64,000 nt of DNA from Candidatus Peregrinibacteria bacterium (GCA_016196225.1 JACPXZ010000029.1:24849-88848), one strand, 5' to 3'; shown: positions 28,153 through 37,473, counted from the stretch's first letter. Translations and numbers: made by a program. Notes: a model not told the origin generated them from the letters alone.

Positions 28153-29456
28153 AGAGGATGAGCGGTTATTTTTTCCTGGTTCCCCATGTATGGTCTTAAA
28201 ACCTTTGGAATGATGATGCTGCCGTCTTTTTGTTGATAGAGCTCAAGGAGGGGAATAAGGATTCGGGGAGAGGCGATGCAGGTGTTATTGAGGGTGTAAA
28301 CATACTTTTTTTTGCCCTCCTCCGTTTCATACTTGATACCGAGGCGGCGGGCCTGAAAATCATAAAAGCTGGAGCAGCTGTGAGTCTCACCGTAGGTTTT
28401 GCGGCTTGGCATCCACGTCTCGATATCATTTTTGTAGACCTGGCCGTGCCCCATGTCGCCTGTACAAACATTGACGATGCGATAAGGAAGTTCGAGCGCT
28501 TGGAGCACCTCTTCTGCGTTCTTCAGGATCTCCTTGTGCATTTGCATACTTATCATGGGATCAGCTTCGCAAAGAATAACCTGTTCAACTTTTTGAAATT
28601 GATGGATGCGATAAAGGCCATGGGTATCTTTGCCGTAGGTACCGGCCTCTCGTCGAAAACAGTTTGAAATACCGCAGTAGCGTTTTGGCAAATCGGAAAA
28701 TTTCAGTGTCTCATCGGTGTGATAGCTTGCAACGGAGACTTCGGATGTTCCGACGAGATAGAGATTGTCTGGCTCGATGGGCCCATTCTTGTCACGTTGT
28801 ACGCCGACAGCGTAGGCCATTTCTTCTCCTCCCGGAAAGTAACTCGTTCCCATCATTGCTTCCCAGTTTGCGAGGACCGGAGGAGTGAACGGCGTGAACC
28901 CTTTTTGTATCAGTGTATCGAGAGTGTACATAAGGACGGCCATCTCCAATCGTACACCGTTACCCTTAAGGAAGTAGCTGCGGCTTCCGGCGATTTTTAC
29001 GCCGCGGGGGATATCGATGATATCCAGGAGGGTGCCAAGAGCGATGTGATCTAAAGGGTCGAAGGAAAACTTCGGGATCTTCCCCCATGTGCGGATTTCC
29101 CTGTTTTCTGATTCATCCTTTCCTATCGGGACCTCTGGCAACGGGATTGCGGGGATACGTAGTTGCATCCACTCCCAATGGCGTTCTACGGCGGCAAGGG
29201 CTTCCTCTTTTGCTTTCAATTGATCAGAGAACGACCGCATTTCTGCAATCAGTTTTTTCTTTGCTGTCCCTTCCATTGTTGGAACACGTTTGCTGATGTC
29301 ATTCTTTTGTGCGCGCATCTCCTCGACCTCTTTGAGCATTTGTCGATGTTCTTCATCGAGTTTCAGGAATGTGTGCACATCAAATCCTGTTTGCTTGTTA
29401 CGAGCAGCATCCTCATAGGTCTTAGGCCGTTTTCGGAGATCCTCCAAATCAATCAT
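28149..29456 (-). CDS. serS: Seryl-tRNA synthetase
   Basis: It has an N-terminal coiled coil and the class II core (..GSRSYFLKG..YHTDE..CFRREAGTYGKDTHGLYRIHQF.KVE..). Confidence 0.94.
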   Translation of the reverse strand: MIDLEDLRKRPKTYEDAARNKQTGFDVHTFLKLDEEHRQMLKEVEEMRAQKNDISKRVPTMEGTAKKKLIAEMRSFSDQLKAKEEALAAVERHWEWMQLRIPAIPLPEVPIGKDESENREIRTWGKIPKFSFDPLDHIALGTLLDIIDIPRGVKIAGSRSYFLKGNGVRLEMAVLMYTLDTLIQKGFTPFTPPVLANWEAMMGTSYFPGGEEMAYAVGVQRDKNGPIEPDNLYLVGTSEVSVASYHTDETLKFSDLPKRYCGISNCFRREAGTYGKDTHGLYRIHQFQKVEQVILCEADPMISMQMHKEILKNAEEVLQALELPYRIVNVCTGDMGHGQVYKNDIETWMPSRKTYGETHSCSSFYDFQARRLGIKYETEEGKKKYVYTLNNTCIASPRILIPLLELYQQKDGSIIIPKVLRPYMGNQEKITAHPL

Positions 29457-29509
29457 CGCTCCCAGCTTAGCCTTTCTCGTCCTTGGCTTCTATGATATTC
29501 TCTCACGAC

Positions 29510-31492
29510 ATGTTGCAGAAGCAGTTTCGTCTTGTTGCCGATTTTAAACCGTGCGGCGACCAGCCGAAGGCCATTAAAAGCCTTACGGAAGGTATTCGAC
29601 GGGGGCAGCGCCATCAGACGCTTCTTGGAGCGACGGGAACGGGCAAAACATTTACGATGGCGAATATTGTTGCCGAGTTGCAGCGCCCGGCGATCGTCAT
29701 TGCCCATAACAAAACACTGGCCGCGCAACTATGCAGCGAGTTTCAGAGTTTTTTCCCGGACAATGCGGTGTCCTACTTTGTCTCGTACTACGATTATTAC
29801 CAGCCAGAAGCGTACATTCCCCATACCGATACGTATATTGAGAAAGATGCCTCTATTAATGAAGAAATCGCTAAATTTCGGCATGCAGCAACGCATAATC
29901 TCCTCACGCGTCGCGATGTACTGATTGTGGCATCGGTCTCATGCATCTACGGTTTGGGGAATGTGGAAGATTATGAAGCGCTCGCCATCCATCTTACGCG
30001 TGATATGGCGATGAAACGCGATACGCTGCTCAGACGACTGACGGATATTCAGTACAAGCGGAGTCATATGGAGTTCAAACAAGGCATGGTGCATGTACTG
30101 GGAGATACTCTGGAGATTTTTCCTCCCGGGCAGGATACGGTGATCCGTGTTGAGATGCCTTTTGATGAGATCGAAACGATTCAAGAGGTGGATAGCTTTA
30201 CCGGTGAACTGGTGCAGGATTATCAGGAGGTGAGTATTTTTCCAGCTGCACATAATGTCACAACGAAGGAGAAAATCGATCGGGCGGTGGATGGCATTAA
30301 GGAAGAGTTGGCAAAACGTGAAAAGGAGCTACTGGATGCGGGGGAGCTTGCCAAGGCGGAGCGGATCAAAATGCGTACGGAATATGATATCGAAATGCTC
30401 AAAGAGACAGGATATTGTACCGGGATTGAAAACTATGTCCGGTATTTGGAGGGATCCCGCGAAGCGCGGAGTCCATCCACTCTTCTGGATTACTTCCCAG
30501 AGGACGGTCTTGTCTTTATCGATGAGTCGCATATGACGATTCCTCAAATCGGAGGAATGTACGAGGGGAACCGTTCCCGCAAACAGACATTGATAGACTA
30601 CGGGTTTCGACTTGAGAGTTCTCATGATAACCGCCCCCTTATTTTTGAAGAATTCGAAGAACGTACGCCACAGCGTATTTATATTTCGGCAACGCCGGGA
30701 AAATATGAATATGGCAGTACGCCGAAAGAATGTCTCGTGGAGCAGATCATTCGTCCAACAGGGTTGCTTGATCCGCAGGTTTCTGTAAAGGATGCAAAAG
30801 GTCAGATCGACGATATCCAGAAAGAAATTGATGCTGCCATCAAGCGCAAAGAACGCGTACTTTTGACAACACTGACGAAGAAACTAGCGGAGCAGCTCAC
30901 TCAATTTTTACAGGATAGGGGATATCGCGTCCGTTATCTTCATAGTGACATTGAGACGCTTGAGCGTATTGAGGTTTTACGACAGTTACGAAGTGGCGAT
31001 ATTGATATCATCGTAGGGATTAATTTGCTGCGGGAGGGGTTGGATCTCCCGGAAGTGAGTTTTATCGGGATTCTTGATGCCGATAAGCAAGGTTTCCTCC
31101 GATCGCGTGATGCGCTTATTCAGACGATTGGACGCGCTGCACGCAATATTCATGGTCATGTAACGCTTTATGCAGACAAGATGACGGATGCGATGACGGC
31201 GGCGATTGCCGAAACCAACCGTCGGCGGATTGTCCAGGATGCATATAACAAGGAACATGGGATCACACCCCGCACAATCGAAAAGGCTATCCGCGATATT
31301 GCGCAGGAAAAACAAAAACTCGAACTTCGCCGCCCGAAACACAATCATCAGAGGATCCCGAAGGACGAAAAGAAACGTCTCATAGAAGAATTGGAGAATC
31401 AAATGGCGCTTGCTGCGGAGAATCTCGAATTCGAACGCGCCGCGGATCTGCGAGATGAGATTGAACTTTTGCAAAGAGAGTTGAGAGGGTAG
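29510..31492 (+). CDS. uvrB: Excinuclease ABC subunit B
   Basis: The sequence reads MLQKQFRLVADFKPCGDQPKAI..LLGATGTGKTFTMA.., with a UVR motif at the C-terminus. I preferred ATG 29510 by alignment with the E. coli N-terminus. In-frame ATG 29492 and TTG 29483 are also possible. Confidence 0.94.
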   Translation: MLQKQFRLVADFKPCGDQPKAIKSLTEGIRRGQRHQTLLGATGTGKTFTMANIVAELQRPAIVIAHNKTLAAQLCSEFQSFFPDNAVSYFVSYYDYYQPEAYIPHTDTYIEKDASINEEIAKFRHAATHNLLTRRDVLIVASVSCIYGLGNVEDYEALAIHLTRDMAMKRDTLLRRLTDIQYKRSHMEFKQGMVHVLGDTLEIFPPGQDTVIRVEMPFDEIETIQEVDSFTGELVQDYQEVSIFPAAHNVTTKEKIDRAVDGIKEELAKREKELLDAGELAKAERIKMRTEYDIEMLKETGYCTGIENYVRYLEGSREARSPSTLLDYFPEDGLVFIDESHMTIPQIGGMYEGNRSRKQTLIDYGFRLESSHDNRPLIFEEFEERTPQRIYISATPGKYEYGSTPKECLVEQIIRPTGLLDPQVSVKDAKGQIDDIQKEIDAAIKRKERVLLTTLTKKLAEQLTQFLQDRGYRVRYLHSDIETLERIEVLRQLRSGDIDIIVGINLLREGLDLPEVSFIGILDADKQGFLRSRDALIQTIGRAARNIHGHVTLYADKMTDAMTAAIAETNRRRIVQDAYNKEHGITPRTIEKAIRDIAQEKQKLELRRPKHNHQRIPKDEKKRLIEELENQMALAAENLEFERAADLRDEIELLQRELRG

Positions 31493-31500
31493 ACATCTCT

Positions 31501-31534
31501 AAAAAAACGGCGGGGGTTTGCCCGCCGTTTTTTT
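31501..31534. terminator. Bidirectional intrinsic terminator
   Basis: The sequence is aaaaaaACGGCGGG-ggtttg-CCCGCCGTttttttt, lying between convergent uvrB and the Gly/Met-rich gene. Confidence 0.8.
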
Positions 31535-31550
31535 ATGTTCCTTTTTTACT

Positions 31551-32528
31551 TCAAAATCCTTCATCAAAATCATCAAAGCCTTCTTCCTGACTTTCTTCAA
31601 GAAGATCATTGAGCTCTTCGAGTCCATCTTGGATTTCCTCAAGTTTTTCTTGCAGTCCTTCGATTTGTTCCTGATATCTCTCGATCTTCATTTCAATTTT
31701 TTCCTTCTTTTTTTCGTTTGTTGCCTTTGCGAGTTTTTTCTCTTCACTTGCAATCTTTTTCTCTGTCTTGGCAATGAGTTTTTCCACCTTCACTTCTGCC
31801 TTTTCTAGCTGCGCGATCTGTCGTTCGATCTGTGAAGTATCCATATGATCTCCTTCACCCCCCATCATCCCGCCACCCATTCTTCCTCCTTCACCCCCCA
31901 TCATCCCGCCACCCATTCTTCCTCCTTCACCCCCCATCATCCCGCCACCCATTCTTCCTCCTTCACCCCCCATCATCCCGCCACCCATTCTTCCCCCTTC
32001 ACCACCCATCATCCCCCCTTCTCTTCCCATACCACCACCTTCTTTTTTAAATCCTCCTCCTACACTAATTCCCCGTTTATCCTGCGGCTCACCAAATCTC
32101 CCACCCTGTCCAAATCCACGATTACCTTCCCTCCCTTCTCCCATTCCCCCTTCTCTCCCCCCCTGTGGCTCACCAAATCTTCCACCCTGTCCAAATCCAC
32201 GATTCCCCTGCTGATTACCTGCTCCATGCATCATATCCCCCTGTTCCCCTCCCTGCATCATCCCCCCATGTCCCCCTCCCTGATAACCACCGAAGTCCGA
32301 ACCATCGTGCATTTGAGTGCCACCACCATCGTATCCACCTCCCGCGCCACCTGATGCTGGATACTCCATGGATCCAGTGGGACTCCCTGATCCTTCGGTA
32401 TGTTGTCCGGTATCCATGCTGCCCGTTTGATCTTGGGCAAGCGACAGAGTCGAGGCCGCGACAGCCCCGGATACAGCGGCTGCAACTAAACTTAAAACAG
32501 ACAGACTATTTTTCCCAAAAACTGACAT
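31551..32528 (-). CDS. Secreted Gly/Met-rich low-complexity repeat protein with C-terminal coiled coil and acidic tail
   Basis: It has a signal peptide (MSVFGKNSLSVLSLVAAAVSGAVAASTLSLA/QD) and a long G/M/E/R/Q low-complexity region. That region includes 4x GGEGGRMGGGMM and 2x NRGFGQGGRFGEPQ. A Lys/Glu heptad-like region follows, ending ..EEGFDDFDEGF. Confidence 0.75.
   Translation of the reverse strand: MSVFGKNSLSVLSLVAAAVSGAVAASTLSLAQDQTGSMDTGQHTEGSGSPTGSMEYPASGGAGGGYDGGGTQMHDGSDFGGYQGGGHGGMMQGGEQGDMMHGAGNQQGNRGFGQGGRFGEPQGGREGGMGEGREGNRGFGQGGRFGEPQDKRGISVGGGFKKEGGGMGREGGMMGGEGGRMGGGMMGGEGGRMGGGMMGGEGGRMGGGMMGGEGGRMGGGMMGGEGDHMDTSQIERQIAQLEKAEVKVEKLIAKTEKKIASEEKKLAKATNEKKKEKIEMKIERYQEQIEGLQEKLEEIQDGLEELNDLLEESQEEGFDDFDEGF
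31851..31994 (-). repeat. Four identical in-frame 36-bp tandem repeats (plus degenerate flanking copies)
   Basis: The unit tccttcaccccccatcatcccgccacccattcttcc starts at 31851, 31887, 31923 and 31959. It encodes GGEGGRMGGGMM on the minus strand. Confidence 0.95.
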
Positions 32529-32613
32529 AGAACGTATTGGTATGTATATAAAAGATAACATGTATATTATACATAAAATACATATTTATTGCAATATGCT
32601 CGTATTCCTTTTT

Positions 32614-33438
32614 CTATGTCAATATTTGAACGGCTTTCCGGTACCCCTCCGGCGTCCCGGTATCGATACGTGTTCCCTCACATTCGTATCCGTATATGGG
32701 GATCGTTCCCAGCTGTTTTATGAGTACATTGATGAGGCGGATTTCGTCACCGCTTTTGGATGTTATGGTTGGAAGCAGATCAATGGTCTCTTTTGGAATG
32801 AGATACCGCCCGACAATGCCGAAGGTGGACGGGGCGACCTTCGGGTCTGGCTTTTCCACGAGTCCTTTAAGACGCTTAAGGCGGGGATGATCGGGATGAT
32901 TATGTTCGATGTCGACAATCCCATAGTGGGACGTTTCTTCTTTAGGGATGTTTTCGAGTGCGATGATGACGCTATTTTTTTCGCTCCCAAGCAGATGCCG
33001 TGCATGAAGGAGTTGGGCAATACCGCTCTCCTTCCCTGTAAAGTAGTCATCTCCAAAGAGAATGGCGACGGGTCCTTCCTGTACCCAATCTGCGGCTTGT
33101 AGAATCGCATGACCATCGCCGCATTGATCGTATTGATAGACGGTGTGGAATCGAATGGCATCATAGCGGGCCATGTCAGCTATCTTGTCGGCTTTGCCGC
33201 ATGCGTACAGTCCCTCCTCCCACCTTTTATTCTTTTTGAAATATTCCGGGATGATTTCTTTACCGGGGCTAATGACAAAGCAAATATCCGTGATCCCCGC
33301 ATCGATGCATTCTTCAACAAGGAGTGCAATCATGGGTTTAGGACCGATGGGGAGGAATTCCTTAGGGACGACTTTTGTCCACGGGAGAAAACGTGTTCCC
33401 AAACCCGCAACAGGAAGAATAGCTTGTGTTATGGACAT
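32614..33438 (-). CDS. galU: UTP--glucose-1-phosphate uridylyltransferase
   Basis: The sequence reads AILPVAGLGTRFLPWTKVVPKEFLPIGPKPMI..VYQYDQCGDGHA.. Confidence 0.88.
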   Translation of the reverse strand: MSITQAILPVAGLGTRFLPWTKVVPKEFLPIGPKPMIALLVEECIDAGITDICFVISPGKEIIPEYFKKNKRWEEGLYACGKADKIADMARYDAIRFHTVYQYDQCGDGHAILQAADWVQEGPVAILFGDDYFTGKESGIAQLLHARHLLGSEKNSVIIALENIPKEETSHYGIVDIEHNHPDHPRLKRLKGLVEKPDPKVAPSTFGIVGRYLIPKETIDLLPTITSKSGDEIRLINVLIKQLGTIPIYGYECEGTRIDTGTPEGYRKAVQILT

Positions 33439-33532
33439 GATGCATACGGTACCACAAACTTGGTTTTTGACAAACCTCCTTTTATGCGGTAGAATACTTT
33501 ACTGAACAAATATATTTCATCGAAGGGTTCCT

Positions 33533-33787
33533 ATGGATAACACTTCCCCCGCTTCGCTTCAACAGGTATGGCAATTGTATGATTTGCAGAATGAATTCAT
33601 TTTAGCCCTTGGTAAGCGTTCTTGGACGAGGAAATTTAAAGAACAGGTACGTGAAAAGGTGGGGATAATGGCTCGGCTGTTGTCAAAAGTACGGGAACAT
33701 TCTTATGGGTATATAGGTGGAGAAGATGTCCTTCAGGCGATTGAAGAGATCCAAGGAGATGTCAAACGCCGAATCGACGACCTATAG
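33533..33787 (+). CDS. Hypothetical small protein (84 aa)
   Basis: It is an ATG ORF with gaaggg 8 nt upstream. I recognise no family. Confidence 0.45.
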   Translation: MDNTSPASLQQVWQLYDLQNEFILALGKRSWTRKFKEQVREKVGIMARLLSKVREHSYGYIGGEDVLQAIEEIQGDVKRRIDDL

Positions 33788-33794
33788 TTAGGTT

Positions 33795-34232
33795 TTACCC
33801 CTCACTGATTCGAACAATTTTCACCTTCTCTTCTTTTGGAATAATGATCTTGAGGATCCCCTCTTTATTAAAACTTGCACGGACGCGTTTTTGGTCAATA
33901 ACGGTCGGGAGCGTAATACTGCGAGTGAATTCCCCCCAAAAACATTCCTGAATGTAGTATTGGTCCGAGGAAACGGAATCGGCCTGATGCCGGTGACCAC
34001 GAATGGTGAGAACGTTATCATTAACTTCGATATCAAGGTCCTGCAGTCGTACGCCGGCAATAGGGGCTTTCACAACGTAATAGCCATCCTGTTCAAAAAT
34101 ATCGAGAGCAACTTGTCCAAGAGATTCCGTGGGAGAGGGGCTGGGGAGAGGTACTGGCCGGGGAGAACCCAGACGTGGGGTTCCACTCGTTGAGAGTGTG
34201 CTGAAAATACCGTGGAAGGGGGAAGGGGTCAT
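33795..34232 (-). CDS. Small heat-shock protein (Hsp20/alpha-crystallin)
   Basis: The sequence reads ..ALDIFEQDGYYVVKAPIAGVRLQDLDIEVNDNVLTIRGHR..GEFTRSITLP..ASFNKEGILKIIIPK. Confidence 0.88.
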   Translation of the reverse strand: MTPSPFHGIFSTLSTSGTPRLGSPRPVPLPSPSPTESLGQVALDIFEQDGYYVVKAPIAGVRLQDLDIEVNDNVLTIRGHRHQADSVSSDQYYIQECFWGEFTRSITLPTVIDQKRVRASFNKEGILKIIIPKEEKVKIVRISEG

Positions 34233-34243
34233 TTAGGGAGATC

Positions 34244-34273
34244 ATTATATTGCTTCTGTGTGTGTTTTGGCAA
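34244..34273 (-). promoter_or_regulatory. Putative sigma-70-type promoter of hsp20
   Basis: The minus strand reads TTGCCA-18 nt-TATAAT, with the -10 element 11 nt upstream of the ATG. Confidence 0.4.
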
Positions 34274-34299
34274 TGATTGAAGTAATTTATATACCGACG

Positions 34300-35076
34300 A
34301 TGACTTTTCTTCAGGCTGCCACCCTTGGGGCGTTACAGGGAATCACGGAATTTTTACCGATCTCCAGCTCGGGTCATTTGGTTTTTGCAGAAGCGTTGTT
34401 CGGTATTCAGGCTTCTGCTATGGATCTTTTGGGATTCGATGTTCTTCTTCACGCGGGGTCGCTCGTCGCGCTCCTTGTGTATTACGCGCGGACATGGTGG
34501 CAACTTTTTCGGAAGGAACATCGTCGTCTGTTCATGATCCTTGTCGGGACCGTGCCGGGAGGGGTCGCGGGGGTTTTCCTCTCGGATGCTATTGGACATA
34601 CTTTTCACGCGTTGCTGCCAACGTCGATTTGGTTGGGGGTTACCGGATGTATCCTTCTGCGTATTGATCAATGGCGAGGGAAACCGCGGGAAGGGGTGAA
34701 TGTTGGGTGGCGGGATACCATAATCATCGGTACCGCGCAAGCCTTTGCGCTCGTCCCGGGGTTATCGCGGTCGGGATTGACGATTGCGGCCGGATACATT
34801 TGTGGTCTGAATAAAAAGGACGCTGTGGATTTTTCTTTTCTTCTTGCCGCCCCTATTATCGCGGGCGCTTCCATCGAAGTCGCGCGACTCTGGTGGACCG
34901 GTACGGTATCGTTGCCGTCGCCTTCGATCGGTATCGTCGGCGTGGTCGTTTCATTTTTGACCAGTATCATGGCGATCCATTCCATGCGATGGTGGGTCAC
35001 GAAGAAATCTCTTACGCCGTTTGGCATTTACCTTTTGATTCTTTCGGGCATTGGGATTGTTATTACGTTGTCATAA
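34300..35076 (+). CDS. uppP: Undecaprenyl-diphosphatase
   Basis: The sequence reads MTFLQAATLGALQGITEFLPISSSGHLVF..GLSRSGLTIAAG... In-frame upstream starts at 34273 and 34258 are possible. Confidence 0.9.
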   Translation: MTFLQAATLGALQGITEFLPISSSGHLVFAEALFGIQASAMDLLGFDVLLHAGSLVALLVYYARTWWQLFRKEHRRLFMILVGTVPGGVAGVFLSDAIGHTFHALLPTSIWLGVTGCILLRIDQWRGKPREGVNVGWRDTIIIGTAQAFALVPGLSRSGLTIAAGYICGLNKKDAVDFSFLLAAPIIAGASIEVARLWWTGTVSLPSPSIGIVGVVVSFLTSIMAIHSMRWWVTKKSLTPFGIYLLILSGIGIVITLS

Positions 35077-35084
35077 AAAATACC

Positions 35085-35112
35085 TTGCTTGTTTTTAGGA
35101 GGTGGGTAGAAT
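35085..35112 (+). promoter_or_regulatory. Putative promoter upstream of the XRE gene
   Basis: The elements are TTGCTT-16 nt-TAGAAT. Confidence 0.35.
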
Positions 35113-35168
35113 CCATCGGCCTGGGGTCATCCAGGTATCACATATTTCGTCTTTTTCTCTTTGATATT

Positions 35169-35390
35169 GTGAACGCGATCATCCGCAACAACATTCGACG
35201 CCTTCGTTTTGATCATAGTATGACGCAAGAAGAACTCGCGCTGCGTACCGGCGTCAGTCGTCAGACGGTTATGAGTATTGAGCGTGGACAGACGAATCCC
35301 TCCATTCTCCTTGCTTGTAAGATCGCGATGGTGTTTGGGGTGCCGGTGACTGATGTGTTTTTTATAGAGGGCAAGCTTGCTCCTGTCTAA
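35169..35390 (+). CDS. XRE-family helix-turn-helix transcriptional regulator (about 73 aa)
   Basis: The sequence (V)NAIIRNNIRRLRFDHSMTQEELALRTGVSRQTVMSIERGQTNPSILLACKIAMVFGVPVTDVFF is a canonical HTH_3. The GTG start is inferred, because there is no ATG upstream of the first helix. Confidence 0.75.
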   Translation: MNAIIRNNIRRLRFDHSMTQEELALRTGVSRQTVMSIERGQTNPSILLACKIAMVFGVPVTDVFFIEGKLAPV

Positions 35391-36984
35391 AACACGCGGA
35401 AGAAGCCTCGCGGAGGTCTTCGATGGTGATTTGTGGCGTCCGTACTCCTCGCCAATTATTGATCCCTATGTGACAAACAATATCCAGAGCGCGGAGGGTG
35501 TATGGGAGGAATTTCCCCAGGCCGAATCCGATGGACGCGGTGTTGTTGATGTGCAGTTGCAGATGTTGTCCATCGGATCCCACTTGTCGTCTTTGGAGTG
35601 CAGAGATATCGCGGAGGAGAAAATGAGGTTCGGGATTTCCCTGTCCAAAGGGCTCAAGGCGCCGAAGGTCTTCACAAAATTCCAGTGTCACGTCGCGTGG
35701 TGAGAGTTCGGCATCAATGGTCAGGCTCGGAACAAGCGCGGAGGGAGGGAGGGTTTGAGAAGCATATTGCGAGAGTTGTTGTTGGAGAAGAACAAAGTTC
35801 TTGTATTCGAATGTGCATCCTGCCGCCTGCGCATGTCCTCCAAAATGAATGAGAAGCTCCTTCGACATTTCGAGTGCATGGACAACGTTGAACGCAGGGA
35901 TACTGCGGAGAGAAGCCGTGCATATATCATTTAAGATGTGCGCAACGAGACTGGGTCGATGAAAACGTTCCGTCAGTTTTCCGGCCAGAAGACCGATGAT
36001 TCCCGGATGGTATGTTTTATGTGCGAGACAGATAAAAGGAGCTAAAGGGACATCGGGGAGCCCTGCATATATGTTCTTCACGTATGTCTGTCGTTGAGTG
36101 TTTAGTTCCTCAAGTATACGGATTGGTGCGCCACCATGGAGAAGAGCCGCGAGAGCCACTGATGGATCATCCATTCTCCCGGGAGCATTGACTCGGGGCG
36201 CAATCCGAAAAGCGATATCGGTACTGGAGACATGGCCTTGCAAGCCGATGGATATTTTCAATTCTTTCAGTGCGCCATTGGGAAGATTATTCCACGCCTG
36301 TAGTCCTGCTTTTGCGATTGTTCGATTAAACCCTTTTAACTCTACGAGGTCCGCAATTGTTCCGAGACACGCCAGTGCAAGGTCCGTACGGTGATCCTCC
36401 CATTCCTTTTTTTCCAGCAAACGAACAAGGAGATAGCACAATCCTGCGGCTGCGGGTGACGGTGTCAGAGGGGAGTCCGCGAGGAGCGGGTGGATAATCG
36501 CGTATGCAGGAGGAAGAGATGCAGGGAGAATATGGTGATCGACGATGATGACATTGATATTATGTGCATTCGCATATTCAATGGCATGATTGGCGGTGAT
36601 CCCCGTGTCGAGGGTGACAAGGAGAGATACGTTCTTGGCACGGAACACATCCACATGCTCTTTGCGCAGGCCATACCCTTCACTGCGCAGCGGCAAGCGG
36701 ATGAACGGACGGATCCCCCTTCGCTCAAAAAAACGGCTCATCATCGCGCTGGATGTGATGCCATCACAGTCATAGTCACCAAAAATGCCAATATGTTCAT
36801 GATGCTCTATGGCGTTTTCTATGCGCATCGTGGCGCGTACTCCCGCGTGAAAGGCGGGTTGAATGTTGAGGGCAGGGGGACAGGAAAGGTTGCGTTTTTC
36901 AATCAATGCGTCTGTAAACGCAGAAAAACCATCATAGGAGTATGTTGGAGAGGACCATCGTTTACCGGTGAGCGAAAGGGGCAT
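35362..36984 (-). CDS. recJ: Single-stranded-DNA-specific exonuclease RecJ
   Basis: The DHH motifs are IGIFGDYDCDGITS.., ..TLDTG.., VIIVDHH, and a DHHA1 block GGHAQAAG is present. Confidence 0.9.
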   Translation of the reverse strand: MPLSLTGKRWSSPTYSYDGFSAFTDALIEKRNLSCPPALNIQPAFHAGVRATMRIENAIEHHEHIGIFGDYDCDGITSSAMMSRFFERRGIRPFIRLPLRSEGYGLRKEHVDVFRAKNVSLLVTLDTGITANHAIEYANAHNINVIIVDHHILPASLPPAYAIIHPLLADSPLTPSPAAAGLCYLLVRLLEKKEWEDHRTDLALACLGTIADLVELKGFNRTIAKAGLQAWNNLPNGALKELKISIGLQGHVSSTDIAFRIAPRVNAPGRMDDPSVALAALLHGGAPIRILEELNTQRQTYVKNIYAGLPDVPLAPFICLAHKTYHPGIIGLLAGKLTERFHRPSLVAHILNDICTASLRSIPAFNVVHALEMSKELLIHFGGHAQAAGCTFEYKNFVLLQQQLSQYASQTLPPSALVPSLTIDAELSPRDVTLEFCEDLRRLEPFGQGNPEPHFLLRDISALQRRQVGSDGQHLQLHINNTASIGFGLGKFLPYTLRALDIVCHIGINNWRGVRTPQITIEDLREASSACFRQEQACPL

Positions 36985-36996
36985 GAGGGGGATATA

Positions 36997-37473
36997 TTAC
37001 TCCCCTTGCATGCGGCGTGCGCGCCGGAGTGTCCACAGTGCAGCGGCAACGATAGTCCCTGTTGCGATGAACGTTCCCGTGCCGGTCGGTGCGAGTGGGG
37101 CTCCGCTATTGAGAGTTTGAGGGACGGACGCTTGTCGGCGCTCAATGCGGTCGAGGACGCGGACATCCCGTTTTTCATCGGGACTTGCCGTTCGGTTATC
37201 GATGGATTCGATGGCATCTGCAAGAGAAGCGAGCACTTCTTCTAATGAAGGAGATTTCGTAGGGTTGCGCTCGGCAAGATCTTTCTGTTGTCTCTGTGAA
37301 AGATTTTCCAGACGTTCCTCTTCCCGCGCGCGCGCCCGTTCATCGGCATTACGATTGGTGGGGGGGAAAAAGAAGTCATTTTGAAAAAGTACCTCTTCCG
37401 GCGTGACGTATGCGTAGGTCGTTACCGGATGAAGAGTGATAAGCGCCGTGACCGTAAGGAGAAGGATGGACAT
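36997..37473 (-). CDS. Secreted protein with a C-terminal LAXTG-type cell-wall sorting signal
   Basis: It has a signal peptide (MSILLLTVTALITLHPVTTYA). The C-terminus reads ..PLAPTG-TGTFIATGTIVAAALWTL-RRARR. The LAPTG codons are at 37081-37095, verified on the DNA. Confidence 0.6.
   Translation of the reverse strand: MSILLLTVTALITLHPVTTYAYVTPEEVLFQNDFFFPPTNRNADERARAREEERLENLSQRQQKDLAERNPTKSPSLEEVLASLADAIESIDNRTASPDEKRDVRVLDRIERRQASVPQTLNSGAPLAPTGTGTFIATGTIVAAALWTLRRARRMQGE

Noticed and set aside
31832-32530. A possible CRISPR array or plus-strand ORFs across the 36-bp repeats.
   Set aside because: The repeats are directly abutting, with no spacers. They lie in frame within a minus-strand ORF that has a signal peptide. 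The plus-strand ORFs (His/Pro/Ser/Thr runs) are mirror translations of the Gly/Met repeats.
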